64,000 nt of DNA. Origin: Eledone cirrhosa. Its lineage: Eukaryota. Below are positions 24,740 through 39,460 of the stretch, in pieces. The notes beneath the pieces were generated by a model. It worked only from the letters and a program-made list of their open reading frames with translations. It was not told the origin of the DNA and did not search any database. Location of the stretch: NCBI GenBank assembly GCA_964016885.1, contig OZ024746.1, positions 48,174,001 to 48,238,000 of the forward strand, written 5' to 3'. Position numbers and translations under genes: made by a program. Position 1 is the stretch's first letter, and every line of letters starts with the position of its first letter.

Positions 24740-24960
24740 GGGCAGTGGATTGGCAGTATCAGTAGAGTGTCGGGCAACATGCTTTGAGGCCTAGCTATAA
24801 CCCTTTGGATTCTGAGTTCAGATCCCACTGAGGTTAGTTTTGCTTTATCCTTACAGAGTCGATTGGTAAAATAATGTACTAGTAATACACTGGAGCCAAT
24901 TTAATTAACTTTTGCCCCCGCACCAAATTGTTGGGCTTTTGCCTAAATCAGAAACCATTA
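24740..24960 (+). mobile_element. SINE S1 copy
   Basis: Head, B-box, core; TAGATTTG(C/T)TTA on both sides. Confidence 0.8.
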
Positions 24961-27900
24961 TAGATTTGTTTAAAGAAGGCTGATTTGTTTATAATACTAA
25001 TAAGTATGCATGCCCAGCATGGAAGTGAGCTGTCTATGTCCAGAATCTAGCTGCTGCCTCATCACAGACTGCCTGAAATCTACACCTACAGACATAGCTC
25101 CACCAGAGATATGACAAAGTGCAACAGACAAGCAAGAGTGTCAACAAGAGACTACAGATCAAAAACATCCACTCTTCAGCCATACCAAAAGCCAAAGCCA
25201 CCTTAAATCCAAAAAAAGTTTCTTAAAGACGTTACACCCCTTGGAACATCAAGCATAAGTAGTGAAAGAGTCACTCGCTGGGAAGAAAAACTTAGTAGCG
25301 TCACATCAGTGCGTGTGTGTGTGTGTGTGTTAATAGCAGAATATTTCATGTTTACATTACAACTATATGTTTTGCATTACACATGGCAAATTGATATATG
25401 TTACAGACTTTATGTAATGATAGTTAAGATTATTATTGGTATTTCAATCAATCATAAAGTGAAACTGCTGAATGGATTGTCTAGAGTGTTTAGTCTGTAA
25501 TTTTTGGTAGGTGAATATATCATCCTTCAGCGAAAAGTTTCATGACAACATCTATACAAATATGTTATATTTTGTGAAACAACTTACTCAACAAAACATT
25601 CCTTTCATCAACAGTCAATTACAAACAAGATCAGATTTAGGACTTGAGGGGCCTGGAGCACTTTTTGTGTGGTGAGGCCCCGCATACATGAAAAAATTAA
25701 AATGCACAACAAACACCAGACATTCTTGGGTTGTAATGATTGACTAAATCCTTTCAAGGCAGTTGTGACTGATTAAATCGCTTTGGGGCCACATTCAAAT
25801 GACTGAAAATAATAAAAGAATAAGAAGAAGACTTACACACACTCACACACATTTGATTGTACAAAATGAAAGAGTTCTTAATGTATGTAGTAGAGTTTAT
25901 TCATTTGTTCAATGGTGCTGATTCATTCTATTGTTCTGTCCTTGTCCTTCTTTAACGCTTTAGTATTTAAACCCACCATATCCGGCCAGAACTCTCTCAC
26001 CTCATTCTGTTTAAACTGAACATAACTGTTTATCGACCCAGGAAGCATGAAAAGTAAAATTAACCTTGGCATTATTTGAACTCAGAACATAAAGAGCCAG
26101 ACCAAATACTGCAAAATATTTTTGTCTGACATTCTAAGAACCAACCAACCTTTATAATTATGATTTATAAATACTACACTTTCTGAGTAGTAGTAGTAGT
26201 GGTGGTGGTCGTAATAATAATAAGAAGGAAATATAATACAGATCCTCCAGAGAGAATGCAAGCTGTGGTAAAAGATAGATAAATAAACAAAGGAAAGACA
26301 TATATTAGAGAGCCTGTTGATTATCATATAATGTATATTTTTAATGGTGTTAACAGACCAACGGGAATAACCACAATTATATGAGCCAACGAGGGAGCTT
26401 CTATGGGGTCCCTTGACCTGCTAGAAATAACAGCCAAAACTCTCAACTCATGTCCTACTGTCATAGAAAGAGGCCACATGAGAAAAAGTTGCAATGGCTG
26501 GAATGCATATACCCAACCACAGCAACACAATTTTGCAAATAAAGAGAATTCCAAGTGTAATCCAAGGATATGGTCGTAGAAAGAAGACATACAGAATATC
26601 AACTTGAAGGGCTTTTCTCATTGATATAGTTTGCTAAGTGGCGAGATTCCAGAGCAACATCAACTATTCATGGTGGTTGTTACTGTAGAATGCTATAAAT
26701 AGCAGTGAAACCTCCTTCAAATTATACTACATATTGTCTTAAAGAATGACACATTAGATGATGTAGTCCTAGACAACCCTAAACATATTGGATGGCCATT
26801 GTTGGAATGAATTCAGTTGACCATAGGTTTGCTCAATTAGAAATGTGCCTTATGGCTAAACAACAACAACAATAAGCATTCTGAGTTTCTAACATATATT
26901 ATCATAAATCAATTCAAGAGTGTTTTAATAAACAATATTATCAATGCTTTAAGATGTGGGTGGTATTCTGATTTGATCTTTGTTTTCATTTTTTTTTTTA
27001 TAGTATCATTTGCTGAAACTTGGCCCATCGGGAGCAGACCTGCCAATGTTAAGATGTGAAGTTCAGATCTTGTACTTTTAAAACCTGGCTCATTTTTGTT
27101 GGATCACCTAGTGATATATCCTACTATTAAGCTACTTAAACCTTATATACTAATATCAGAGATCTAGAGAAAGAAAGAGAGGGGTATAGTAAAAAAAAAA
27201 TAATGAAGATAGCTATAGTTATGAACCTCTGAATGGCCCATCAAATTCAACTCTGGCCAACTACTTCTTAACTTTACACATCAAAGATATTGATTGGAAA
27301 ATCTTTTGTGTATACAATTCTACACAAAGATCTAAGGATTTTGTAAGAAATATCTTTTTTTTTTCTTTTGTTGTTTTGCAAGTTACAGAAAAAAGAACAG
27401 AAATAGTGTAATATGAGATTGGTTTAGTGTAAGATTGACAACATAGATAATAGAAGTAATTATGTATTTGCATGCATTTTTAGAAGATCGTTGTCAGCTT
27501 TTCAGTTGTTGAAAGAGATAATATTCTGAAATTTTATTCAGTTGTTGAAGTGTACAGAAACATAACCCACTGTTACTAACAGTATAAAGATATTGACTGA
27601 GAAATGTTGATGGAGGGAAAAAAATTTCAGACATGTGAAATATAGATAAACAATGATACTATAAAATGACGTTTGGTGTCCTAAGAAAAAGAAATGACAA
27701 GCAATAACAAGTAAAGGAAGTAATTTGAAGAAGTACTATCCTTAACAAAAAAATTATTCCAGTATCAAATTTTATTGTATTTGCCACACACAATGTATTG
27801 AGAGAAAAAAAAAAAGATATCTGCCCAATCAAATATATAAAATGTATCTGAAACAACAATATCATTATAATCAAGTCTCATTTGTATTCTGTAGCTTCAA

Positions 27901-28062
27901 TACAATCGATTGCCACATCAGTATTTATTCTGCTGTCCTTATACATTGTCTGTATTTTATGTCTGTCCAATTTTTAATAGGTAAGCAAAAAATAAGGTAA
28001 GCTAAAATGACTGGAGAAGACAGAATAAAAATATACCGAAATGTGTGTGTATGAAAACTCAC

Positions 28063-28133
28063 CCATATTGGGATTCACGTGCTTAGGTGTGCAGTAGCTA
28101 ACACCCAATGGTGCCATATTGAAGATTGGAATT
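28063..28133 (-). other. Candidate 71-nt host exon
   Basis: Branch-like CTTAAT, pyrimidine tract, AAG acceptor, GG|GTGAGT donor; one open frame IPIFNMAPLGVSYCTPKHVNPNM; no homology recognised. Confidence 0.3.
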
Positions 28134-29363
28134 CTTCAGAAGCGGGATGGGGTAATAAATTAAGACAATGATTAAAGTGATTATCAATATTCTATCAGAT
28201 CTACCAGAAGGAATGGATTATGAAAAGATGTCCAAAATCACAAAATGTTTAGTAACTGTTAACCCTAGCAGACAGACCTATGATACAGCAGCGTTATAAA
28301 AGAAGGAATTTCAGATGTGACTAACTTATGTTTTTCTTAGCAGTATACACTCAAAAGCACTAATGAGACTTTCTTTTCTGAGCAGGTTAAGCATACATGT
28401 GGTGGTTCCAGCTGGTTAAAATAACTATAGAAGCACAACTTAGGAGAGAGAGAAAGTAAAAAAGGTAAAGCTAACTGTTGTAGGTATTTAGACCCATGCC
28501 AGCCCTGATCAAGCAGACTTGTGATAAAAAATATTCAAAAGCATTGTGTACTCTCAACTAAATTATCCAAAATATTCTTCCCTTGAAGATGGTAAAGTGT
28601 GATTTATAAGGGAGGTTCAGCTTTTATTTCTAGCAGTTCAAGCAATCAAGAAGAGGAAGGAAGATACATCAGAGGCCAATAATTCTTACTCATTCCATCA
28701 CTAACATATTACAAACTTGCAACTGACTTGAGAGTACTGCATATGGTTCGATCAGTTTCCCCTGTTAGAAATAGCAGTCAAACCTCTCTTGAATTATACC
28801 CTGCCATCTTTAAAATGTAGAAGGGCACACTGTACCTAAATAGCAGATGGGATGGTCACGGTTGCAATTTGTTAATCATAAGTTTGCTAGTTGACTTGGA
28901 GTTAAATAAGTTTGTCTCTTTTCAGGCAGAACATTTCAAAAATATAAAAAGTAAAATAAAAAAAAACAAATAAATTACAAAAAAAAAAGCATGGAAAGAA
29001 ATTGTGATATTTTTAAAACTGATGAGGTTTTGGGATTTGTTGTTGTTGTTGTTTTGGAGGATTGGTTACTAATTAGATTGTTGGAAAAGTGGGTACTAAT
29101 GAGATTAGAATCCAATTAATGACCTTGAAACAGGTGAAGTAACAAGCAGATTTATTTCCAAAAGCATTACATTGAGTAATTTGGCAGTATGACAAGGTTG
29201 TGCACGAAGGAACCGAACATTTTTGATTTGTCAGTAGATCTTTTGGGGGGGGGGAAAGAACTTGGATGATAACCAAGTGTGCATTTGAATGACATTTAGG
29301 TCTATTTCGAAATTATATACCCTTTCTGTGTTTTTTTTTTTAAATTTGTACTAGTTTTTAGTT

Positions 29364-29562
29364 CTTTAACATTTACATTTCTCTACACACACTATTGTAT
29401 TTTCATGGTAAAGACTTTATCTCACATGATTATCTCACATAATATTGAATCTATGAGATTTTGATATTTATTTTGAAAACAATACTTTAACATCAGTATG
29501 AATGGTCAGTTACAGCCAGGTTGAACAGAAGAATTGATACAGCTGGTTTAAATGCTAAAGGG
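29364..29562 (+). mobile_element. MITE family A copy
   Basis: Right TIR plus TTAA intact. Confidence 0.8.
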
Positions 29563-31682
29563 TTAATAGATTTTTCTGTTATAGTAGTTGTTCTATATAA
29601 CTATAACTCCTGATCAAGCAAAATCATGATCAGAGGTGTTATATTTGTGATTATTCCATAATTTTTGAAGTTCTTTTTGTTGCTGTTTGTTCATGAACAG
29701 AAGGGTAGTGTCTATGATTTTTTTCAGGACCTACAGGACTAGCAGAAGGGAGAAAGTTATCCACATAGTGAAGAGCTGGTCCAAATGCTTGCAACAATGA
29801 ACTACACTAAAGGCACCAAAGGTCCAGGTAGTGGTATCAACATAGACAATGGATTAAATTTACTGTGCAACTATGTCACAATAAACAAAAAGCCTTGGCT
29901 TAATACTGATGCTGGTATTGGCTAACCATTGTTCAAGTTTCCTAAATGTCTACAAATTAAGAATAACCCACACCTTTTCATTACCATATTTCTAATGAAA
30001 TACACAGTTTGTGATTTTTAAATAATTTTGAAAATAATCAAGAATTTCTTTAGAGAGACTACAACTAACTTTCTCATTATTATTTTGGTATTTAGAACAT
30101 AAAATGATGATGGAAGGGTTTTAAATAAATATAGATGCTTTAAAGTAAATGATTGTGTAACATAAAACCATAGGCAGTTTTAAGCAGGTTGTTATTAAGA
30201 GTTAATTAAAATTTAGGCTCCATGCTCTCTTCTTACCATAGACAGCAGACAACTATTTTAATACATTTGTGTATGAGAACATTGAAATCATTATGTTCAA
30301 ATTAAATTGACATGTTAAACATCTAAATTGTAGTAACGCTCTTTAAATTCCAAACTCTCTCATATACTAATGGAAAAGAAAATATCAACTCATTCAATTC
30401 CTTTAAAATTACCAGAAAAACAAATCAGATAAAAACATTATTATTCTTTATAAAGAACAGAGAATGTTTGAAGTGTTGTTATTGGATCAGAACAAGAAAG
30501 ATTAATAATGAGAAATTCCATAAAAAGGCTTTTTTTTGCATTTATTTAATGCGAACAAAGATAATTAAAAAATATAAAATAACAAATAAACAGTAGATAA
30601 ATGTTTTCCTATCTTCACTGTGCCTTCACTATCTTATTTTGAACAAGGAATACTATATCAAGTTCCAAGCCTGACAATATTGCTAAATAGTGTAAATGAT
30701 TATTAAATATTTAAGATTTTTTTAAAAGAATAGGGCAAGTGTGCAATCTAGAGGTTAAGGTTTGATCCTTGGATTGGATCATGCATAGTGTCCTTGAATA
30801 AGGCACTTCATTTCCCACTGCTTCAGTCTATTTAATTGACAAAAAATAGTACTATCAGTAATTAGGGATTTACTTTGTGCTGGCTGATGTCTTATACTCT
30901 TAATCACTTAACACATGTGACCAGGATAGGTTTTTGCCCGATAAGCTTCTGGGCTCAAGAAATCTTTTTTTTTTATAAGAAACCAAAAGGAGGTCTAGTA
31001 TGCATATAGTTTAATGAGTGACCTCCTAGAAATAGCAGCCAAATCTAACGCAAATAAAATCCTACAACTTTTGGGAAAATAAAAAAAAAAAGACATTAGA
31101 TAATTTACTTTTGCAACATCGTTGATCATAGGTTCTGTTCAAACAGGACTAACCATGGGCTAAATAACAACTCCATAGTAAACAGTACATTTCATCAAAT
31201 GTCAATGCTAATGCAAATGTTTATATTTCAAATATAATACTTTGTAACATATCTGTGAAATTGTACAATGCTGGAATTTAAAAATATTTTTCTTCTGGTA
31301 ATCTCTCTCTGTTATTCTCTACACAATAACTGTCCATCTTAATTTGGTGACATATCATGTGAGTCCCAATAACCTCAAATATAATCTTATTATTTCTTCC
31401 CAGTTCTGTTATAGTTAACTTCTCCTTTCAATAATCTTTACTGTCAACTCGCTGCACTTTCTTTGTTCATCTAACGTTCATCATCCATTTCTATAATACA
31501 TCTCACTATGTAAGTGTGTATATATGAGTATGCATGTTTTTATGTATCTTCTTGAACACTCTTAGAGTGGTTTCAACTTGCTGTCTGAAGCTATCCAGGA
31601 GATGCTTATAGCACTTCAGTTATTTCTTGCAGTCAGCCATCAAAGTAAATACAAGCCCAGATAAGCCAATGGCTTGACTTAA

Positions 31683-31892
31683 CCCTTTAGCATTTAAACC
31701 AGCCAGAATTCTCTCAGCTTTTTCTGTACAAACCAGCTATAACTGGCCCCTCATACTGATTTTAAGGTATTGTTCTAAAAATAAATTATATAAAATCTCA
31801 TAGATTTGATATTATGTGAGATAAGTATGTGAGGTAAAGCCTTTACTGTGAAAATACAATAGTAAATATAGAGTAATGTAAATGCTAAAGGG
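31683..31892 (-). mobile_element. MITE family A copy (complete)
   Basis: Both 14-bp TIRs and both TTAA sites intact. Confidence 0.9.
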
Positions 31893-32181
31893 TTAAGTGA
31901 TCAAATAATAGTTGGTATAGTACACAAACCAATTTAAAGTACAAAACTGGTCGTATTTTAAAGATCTTGGCAACAGATTTCATCCAGTGAAAAGAATAAT
32001 GCATATTGGACAACACATTTTGGAGTCACAACAATCTTTTGTTCTCATAAAGTAAATTGAAAAACTATCATGAAATGTGATTTGGCTGAAATTTGTAAAA
32101 AGGAAGTTTTTCAAAACCTGAAGCAGTTGAAGGATGTGCATGCTCAATGAAGATAGAAACATCTTTTTCCGAGTCATTTAA

Positions 32182-32388
32182 CCCTTTAAAATTTACATTA
32201 CTCTATATATATACTATTATATTTTCACAGTAAAGGCTTTATCTCACATAATATTGAAACTAAGAGATCTTGATATTATTCATTTTGAGAATACCTTAAC
32301 ATCAGTATGAGTGGCTAGTTACGACTGGTTTGAACAGAAAGAGGTGAGAGAATTCTGGCTGGATATGGCTGGTTTAAATGCTAAAGGG
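32182..32388 (+). mobile_element. MITE family A copy (complete)
   Basis: TTAA-CCC ... GGG-TTAA. Confidence 0.9.
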
Positions 32389-32774
32389 TTAAAAAGAGAC
32401 TGAAATGATAATCAGAAAGACAAAATTCTCTATAGGCAAGTACTGTCAAAGTTGGCTTCAGTATTAAGACATACACAATCTATGAATGAGTGAAAAGAGT
32501 ATATTTATATCTGCTTTCATTTGATTATAAAATCTGTGAATTTCATATCTGTATCCATTTGTGTATGTGTGCATGTTTATGTATGAAAGGTTTCTTGTGT
32601 GTGGATGTGCTATACCTAATAATAGATAGTAGTTTCAAAATCAATTGTAAAAGCGGATATTAAACGATGATATGTATGTATGAATGTATGTACGTAACAA
32701 AATTGAATGATTTATTGACTGTTACATAATAGTGCTTGCATGTATGCGTGTGTGTGTGCGTATGTGTGTGTGTG

Positions 32775-32815
<41 letters not shown>

Positions 32816-33637
32816 CAATAAATTGTCCAACTTTAATACAACCAGACAAAGAGAAGCAATATCTCTGGCAGACCATTGACATTAGTATAACAGCTTATAT
32901 AAATTATCTAGCCAGACCTAACATCTCTAATTACTTAATGTTTTTTTCTTTAGTTTTGTTTTGTTTGTTTTAACAATCATCAGTCAAGATATCCTATCTC
33001 TCAGCAAATACACTTTTCACTTTACTGATTACATTATCACCACATTTCATCCAATCATTATTGTTACTTTCTTTAAGGTTGTGTGAGAACCCCCCTGCAG
33101 GCGATTCTTTAAATTATTTCTCACTTCTCAAATATTTGTCTGAAATACTTCTGTCACCTTATCACCATAGATTGTACAAGAAATAGTTTCGGCATCAACA
33201 CACTTTGGAAATTGAAACAAGTGATAGATTTGACAAAGAATATGAAATCAAAACATAGAAATAATTAAATTCTTGGAAAGATTAAAACAAACATTATCAA
33301 ATATCATTCTAGTGAGCAATGTAATGAAAAGAGGGGTAATGCTGAATATTAGAAATATTAAAAACTATTCAATAATTTGTATAAAGATGTCACTATTATT
33401 GAAATGAGAATCCAAGAGATTTTTTTTTTTTTAGTATTGGATATTCATCAAGATATGCACTATGAAACAAACAAAAAATATATATTCTCCATTTCTCATT
33501 CATTTAGGGATTCTCATGAGAGTGGACTGAGATCTCAGTCTTAGAAATTGAGAAGCAATTTGTCAATTTTAAATTAGTTCAGCACACCACAACCATGCCA
33601 GACTTTCTTCAAATATACTTGGTTTGCTGCCTGTTAA

Positions 33638-33990
33638 CCCCTTCCTTACTATATTTCTAATAAAAGATACTGCTTAGAATTTCCAAACCCTTAAAAAAAG
33701 AATAACCAAGAACTTAGAATGGTCTAATTTTCTCATTATTAAGCTGACTTGATGGATTGGCAGTATCGATAGGGTGTCGAACAACATGCTTTACAGCTCC
33801 GAGTTAATCGATTTTTCCCTCCCCACAAAATTATTGGCCTTGTGCCTGAATTAGAAACTATTATTAAGCTGGCTTCAAGATTCTTAGCTAAAATTATAAG
33901 TTTTTAGATCAATCTAAACACTTAAAAAAGAAAAACAAATTTTTTACTGTAGAATGAAGGGTGGTTTCAGGAAGTTTGGTATTAAAAGGG
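33638..33990 (+). mobile_element. piggyBac-type MITE family B with a nested SINE (relatives near 29970-30205, 38600-39140, 41210-41440)
   Basis: TTAA-CCC ... AAAAGGG-TTAA; internal SINE flanked by ATTATTAAGCTG at 33735-33746 and 33860-33871. Confidence 0.7.
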
Positions 33991-35771
33991 TTAAACTGAT
34001 ATGAGAACCTTAGTGGGATTTGAACTCAGAATGTATAATGAACAACAACAGGGCAAGGAAATTGCTTTTACCCTTTAAGGAAGAGACGGGGGGAAAGTTC
34101 AATGTTTGTATACTGGTCCGTCTCATGAAAACACAGAAGAAAATGCTGTGTAAGCAATGCTACAATGGAAGAATGTTAAAGACTAAGTCACATAGTGAAT
34201 AAATGAAAGAAGACTTACAGCTTACACTATCACTGTAACATCAAAGGTGTTCCAACTATGATCATCCCACAATTTTGTATATACAATGTAACCTTATGCT
34301 CTTTATAAAACATATAAGGTGCAATTTGAAGGAAATTTGGCTGCAATTTCTAGCATGCTGAACAGCCATGTAGACGTTCCCTCATTAGCTCAACACTGTT
34401 TAACACAAAAGAAAAAGGTCAGGCAGAAACTTAACATTATGTGTTTAGTGACACTAATGAATATATATGATATATAGATTGATTCAATACACTTATTATT
34501 GTAGTGAAGCAATTAAGTCTTAGCCAGAAAACTATGGATTGTAGTGATGATATAGTGAAAGGAATGAAGTTACTTTGCCTCTTGTAGATAAAGGAATTAT
34601 TCTCTTTATATATAAAAGGATAGTTGTATGATAATAGTGGCAGGCAAATATGTAATGTGCTAGAAAAAAAAAAAGATTAGAAAGACCTAAAAATATGTAC
34701 AGAGACTTAAAGAAATATGAACTAAGTATGATATATGGGATACGCAATAGGGTGGGGGTGCAACCAAATGCTGAGGAGTTGGGTAGGTAGGTGGGCAAAG
34801 AATGCATCAGATGATGCCAAAGAAAACTCACTCAAGAGTATGGAGATTTGATAAGATAGTTAAAAACCTGTCATGAGGACTGCTGTTACTTTAGTTATAG
34901 ACAGCTACAAAAATATATATACTTTGAATGGGCAGATGTAAAAATGTATAGTTTAACACGTCCAGTGCCAAAGCCAAAATTTTCAACTGGGAATGTAATC
35001 ATCCAGAGATATTTAATATAATGTAGGATATTGCTGGGGGGAAAATGCTTCCATAGAGTAAATGTGGTGGTATTCAATCTCTGACTTATGTAATAAATAT
35101 TGCAAGCCACAGCACCTTCCCAATAGAAATGACTGAACATTATACATATATATAGTAAGAGTTTAAGCTGGTAAAGAGAAAAGTAAGCAAAGAAAGGAGT
35201 AATGCCTACAACTTTCGTTTTTTTTTTGTTTTTTTTTGTATTCTTACATATTTTTACAGCTATTATTCTATGTAGGCCTAGCTGGAATGATTTTTCTATA
35301 CAAAATTTTCACTTTAAGTACAATTCTGATATATACATCAGCAACAGAGAAATATGTCTCATCTACTTAACACCACTGAATCTGAAATGGGTGTTTTGCT
35401 TCAGATTCAACGGTGTCAAGCACAATGTTTTCCTGTGGATTTAATGGCAACACATCACAGGTAACAATGCTAAAGTATTTGATAAAGTATTTTTGACAGT
35501 TAAGTAGAAGAATATATATATATATATTATATATATTGGTTAGAATTCAGGTCAGAGAATATAGTGAATACATACTTTGAAACTATAAGTGATCCACTTT
35601 GCTATTTTGTCTTTATCAAACAAAAATAACCATACTTAACTGAATAAATATGCTACTGAACAGAACTGAACAAAGCAAGGAGTTGGTAGTTTTTATCATG
35701 TCACTGAGACTACAATGAGATTGTGGTCAAGGCGCCTAGTGCACTATATATACTAATTACTACTAGTCACC

Positions 35772-36330
35772 AGGCTTAGTGGTTAGAGCATTGAGCTCAC
35801 AATCGTAGGATTGTGAGTTTGAATACTGAACTGGGTGCTGCATTGTGTTCTTGAGCAAAATGCTTTATTTTATTTTGCTCCAGTTCACTCAGCTGTAAAA
35901 ATGAGTTGTGATGTCACTGGTGCCAAGCTGCATTGGTCTTTCCATTTCCCTTGAACAACATCGATGGTATGGAGAGGGGAGACTGGCATGCATGGTCAAC
36001 TGCTGGTCTTCCACAAACACACCTTGCCCAGGTTTGTGTCTCTGAGGGGAACTTTCCAGGTACAAAACTATGGTCATTTGTGACTGGAGGAGGCTATTCA
36101 CCAAAATTAAAAATAACAAGAGAGCCATGAGCCAGTGTGGAGGCCTGTGCAATGCAGTTGAGCTGCTAGAAATAGTAATCAAATTCCCTCAAACACATCC
36201 TATCATCATAAACAAGGAAAGATGCATTGAACAATGCAGGCTTTCAGAGCCTTAAAAGAATATATAACAAATGTTTTTGATCATAGATCCACTCAATCAA
36301 AGTCGACCTGGGGCTTAACAGTAACAACAA
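35772..36330 (+). mobile_element. tRNA-derived SINE, family S2
   Basis: GGCTTAGTGGTTAG A-box, degenerate B-box, GTGTTCTTGAGCAA core; inverse copy at 50775-51060; (AAC)n tail. Confidence 0.7.
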
Positions 36331-39179
36331 CAACAGCATCAGCAACAGTATTGTGAAATTGACAAGAATATTGTGAGCTTTCAGTTCTGATATTACTTAT
36401 TTTAAGAGGAAAAAGCTACTTGCAATAATGTCATATTCCAAGAGAGATTTTATTCCTCCCACCCTTATATATTACAGAATTTAAAGTTGAGCAACAACTC
36501 CCTGGGGCTCTTGTGATTCAGAAAGGATCAATTAATCTATGACAGTACTGAAAAGAACAAACATAAATCCAAAAGAAAAGATCTCTAAAAGCAGGGACTC
36601 CAAATATAATCTAACATCAATCAAAGCTACTCAACTTGTCCTAAATAAACAAGGAATCTTTTATAAACACTGGATGCTTTTGTATTTAGCTTTTAGTTGC
36701 AATATAACATGAAAGGACAGGAAAAATATAAAAGTATTAAGAGAACTACAGTTGAAACTTTCAGTAAAGATTTGTTCAATCAGTTTCTAAGTAGATGGGG
36801 ACTAAATAATATGTGGACGAAAGAGAATATATTTAATTTAGGAGAAAACCCAATCAAAATATGGACACTTTCAGTGGAGATAAGAGACTGTTAATCTATT
36901 CTATATCATCAGCTCACTTGGATATAGTTTACACTATTACATTAAAATTTGTATTCATAAGAAATCATGCAAAATTTAATAAAATATTTGGAAGCAGATA
37001 ACAGCAAGTTTTGACAATATAATTAAAATTTATTTATTAATAAATATTTTAAGAGAAGGGATATGAGAGATGAAGGAATAGTATTCAGAGGAAAAGCCAG
37101 AAAAATGTATTGAGAATGAAAAACAAAAGGAACGAGATAGGAATGAGTGAAAGGGATAGTAAGGAAAATTGAAATCTGAATGAGAGCATGCAGAAAACAA
37201 TGGGACAGATAGATAGTGAAGATAATTAAGAGCCAAAAAAACCCACAACCAAATAAGCCATAAAAGGAAAAAGAAAAAAGTCTTAGGGAGTAGTTGATGA
37301 AAGTGTAGTAGTGAAGAAGTAAGAGTGGAAAAAATAAATGAACATTAAGTGAATAAGCAAGTAACACACACATATATATGTATGTATGTATACATATATA
37401 TATATAGTGAAGATGGTGACATCTGTTCATATATAAACGAAATACTAAGTCAGCGGCTTAGACTTGCAAATATCCATACCTTAAAAAAAACAAATGAATA
37501 TTGGTATCAGAAATGGTACCCAACTGTAAAATTCAGCCTCAAAATGGCTTATTTAGCAAATGCTAGCATTGAGAAGCTGATGAAACAATGATAGTGATGA
37601 AGATATTCACACATATCATCATCATCATAATCATCATTTGATGTCCATTTTTCCTGCTAGCAAGAGTTGGATGGGTTATCACCAACCAAGCCAGTACTTA
37701 ATTGGAGCTTCGGATCTCTCAGGCAAGCCAGAGGCCAATCTTGCTTACATACATTCCTGCACTCTACAGGGTAAATTGTATTGTGGCACCAACTCAAGGG
37801 AAGTTGTCTTGTCTTTGACACAACTAAGGCGAACTCTCAACCCTTTGTTTAGCAAAGCTTTAAAGTCTGAGTGCCTTTCCTATCACTAACCACTTTATAT
37901 AGCATACTGGGTGAGTATTTATTGTTACCAATACTAAAAATGAGAAAAGGCAAGAGAGAGATACAGAAGGATGAGAATGGGAAAGAGAAAGAATGCAGGC
38001 ATTAAGACTGGTTCTTATGATACCCTTTTTTGGTGAAAGAGACAACTGGTTATCCTCTGTCATCACTTCTCTCTATATAGACTGATGGAATTGGATGATT
38101 TGCAACAGCATTTCTGAAGATGTTATAAAACAAAAACAAAAATATAAAAACACCAAACATTAAATTGACATTCTGCTCACTGCTACAACATCGGATCAGC
38201 TCAGCAAATAAAATCCTCACTGTTTTATAGTACAGATAAATCCCTTGTATTGTGATGATGTACTTAGAACATAGATGCTTAAGAAAATAATAATCTCATC
38301 ACAACTATGTATCTATGGCGTTGTAAGTAATCTAGTACAGAGAAGTTATTAACCTAGTTAGTATCTTATTCATCATGAAGATGAAATCTTCACAACACCA
38401 GCCAACAAGGAAGCTGCTATGGGGTCACTTGACCTGCTATAAATAACAGTCAAATTTTCATCAAATCACACCATACCATCTTAGAAAGAACAAACATATA
38501 TTGGAGAATATGATCCTAAGTTACATTGTGGCTTGTATAAATATGGGGATGGTCATAGCTGGAACACCTTTGATCATAGCTGAATTCCTATTCAATCAGG
38601 GCTAATCTGGAAATAAAACCATTTTGAAATAAAATTGCTCTGGGTCATGTGATGCAAAACTATTTGCTTTAAAGTATTTATATTTATGTAAAACCTTTCC
38701 ATTATAATTTTATACAAAAACTTTTAAGTTATGTTCCAAACACCAACTTAATAATGAGACAATTAGCTATATTACTAAATCCTGCCAAATTTTTAATTTT
38801 CAAAATTAATTGAAGATCATATTTCCAATAGAAATATAGTAAAAAAAAAAAAAAAAGGAGTAACTCTTTCGTTATCATATTTCTAATGAAAGACACTACC
38901 TATATGTTGCAATAAATTTTGAAAATGATCAAGAATTTGGAAGAATTTAGTAATGTAATCTACTTTTTTGTTATTAAGTTGATATTAAAAGCATTACCTA
39001 AATACTCTTAAATAAAATTATGATGAAAGGTTTTGATATAAGTATGAACACATTAAAAGCAGCTTTATATCATAGGGCCAGGAGCAGTTTTGTATCACAA
39101 ATCCAGGGGCAGTTTCAGGTGGGCTTGTATCAATGTGGCTAAACAACAATAACATGAATTAAACTATTAAAGACTGGCA

Positions 39180-39460
39180 CGAGGTTCACTTTGCCTTTCA
39201 TCCTTACGGGGTCGATAAAATAAAGTACCAGTAATGCACTGGGTAATTGCTGGCCTTGTGCCAAAAGTAGAAACAATTATTGGCAGTATCGGTAGAGAGT
39301 CGGACACCATGCTTTGACGCATAGTTACGGCCCTTGCCATTCTGAGTTCAAATCCCGCCGAGGTTAACTTTGCCTTTCATCCTTACGGCGTCGATAAAAT
39401 AAAGTACCAGTAATGCACTGGTTAATTGCTGGCCTTGTGCCAAAAGTAGAAACAATTATC
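39180..39460 (+). mobile_element. Two tandem SINE S1 copies
   Basis: Core and tail repeated twice head-to-tail. Confidence 0.85.

Noticed and set aside
29728-29925. Possible plus-strand exon after TTTTTTCAG
   Set aside because: Stops in all frames from the acceptor; no recognisable protein
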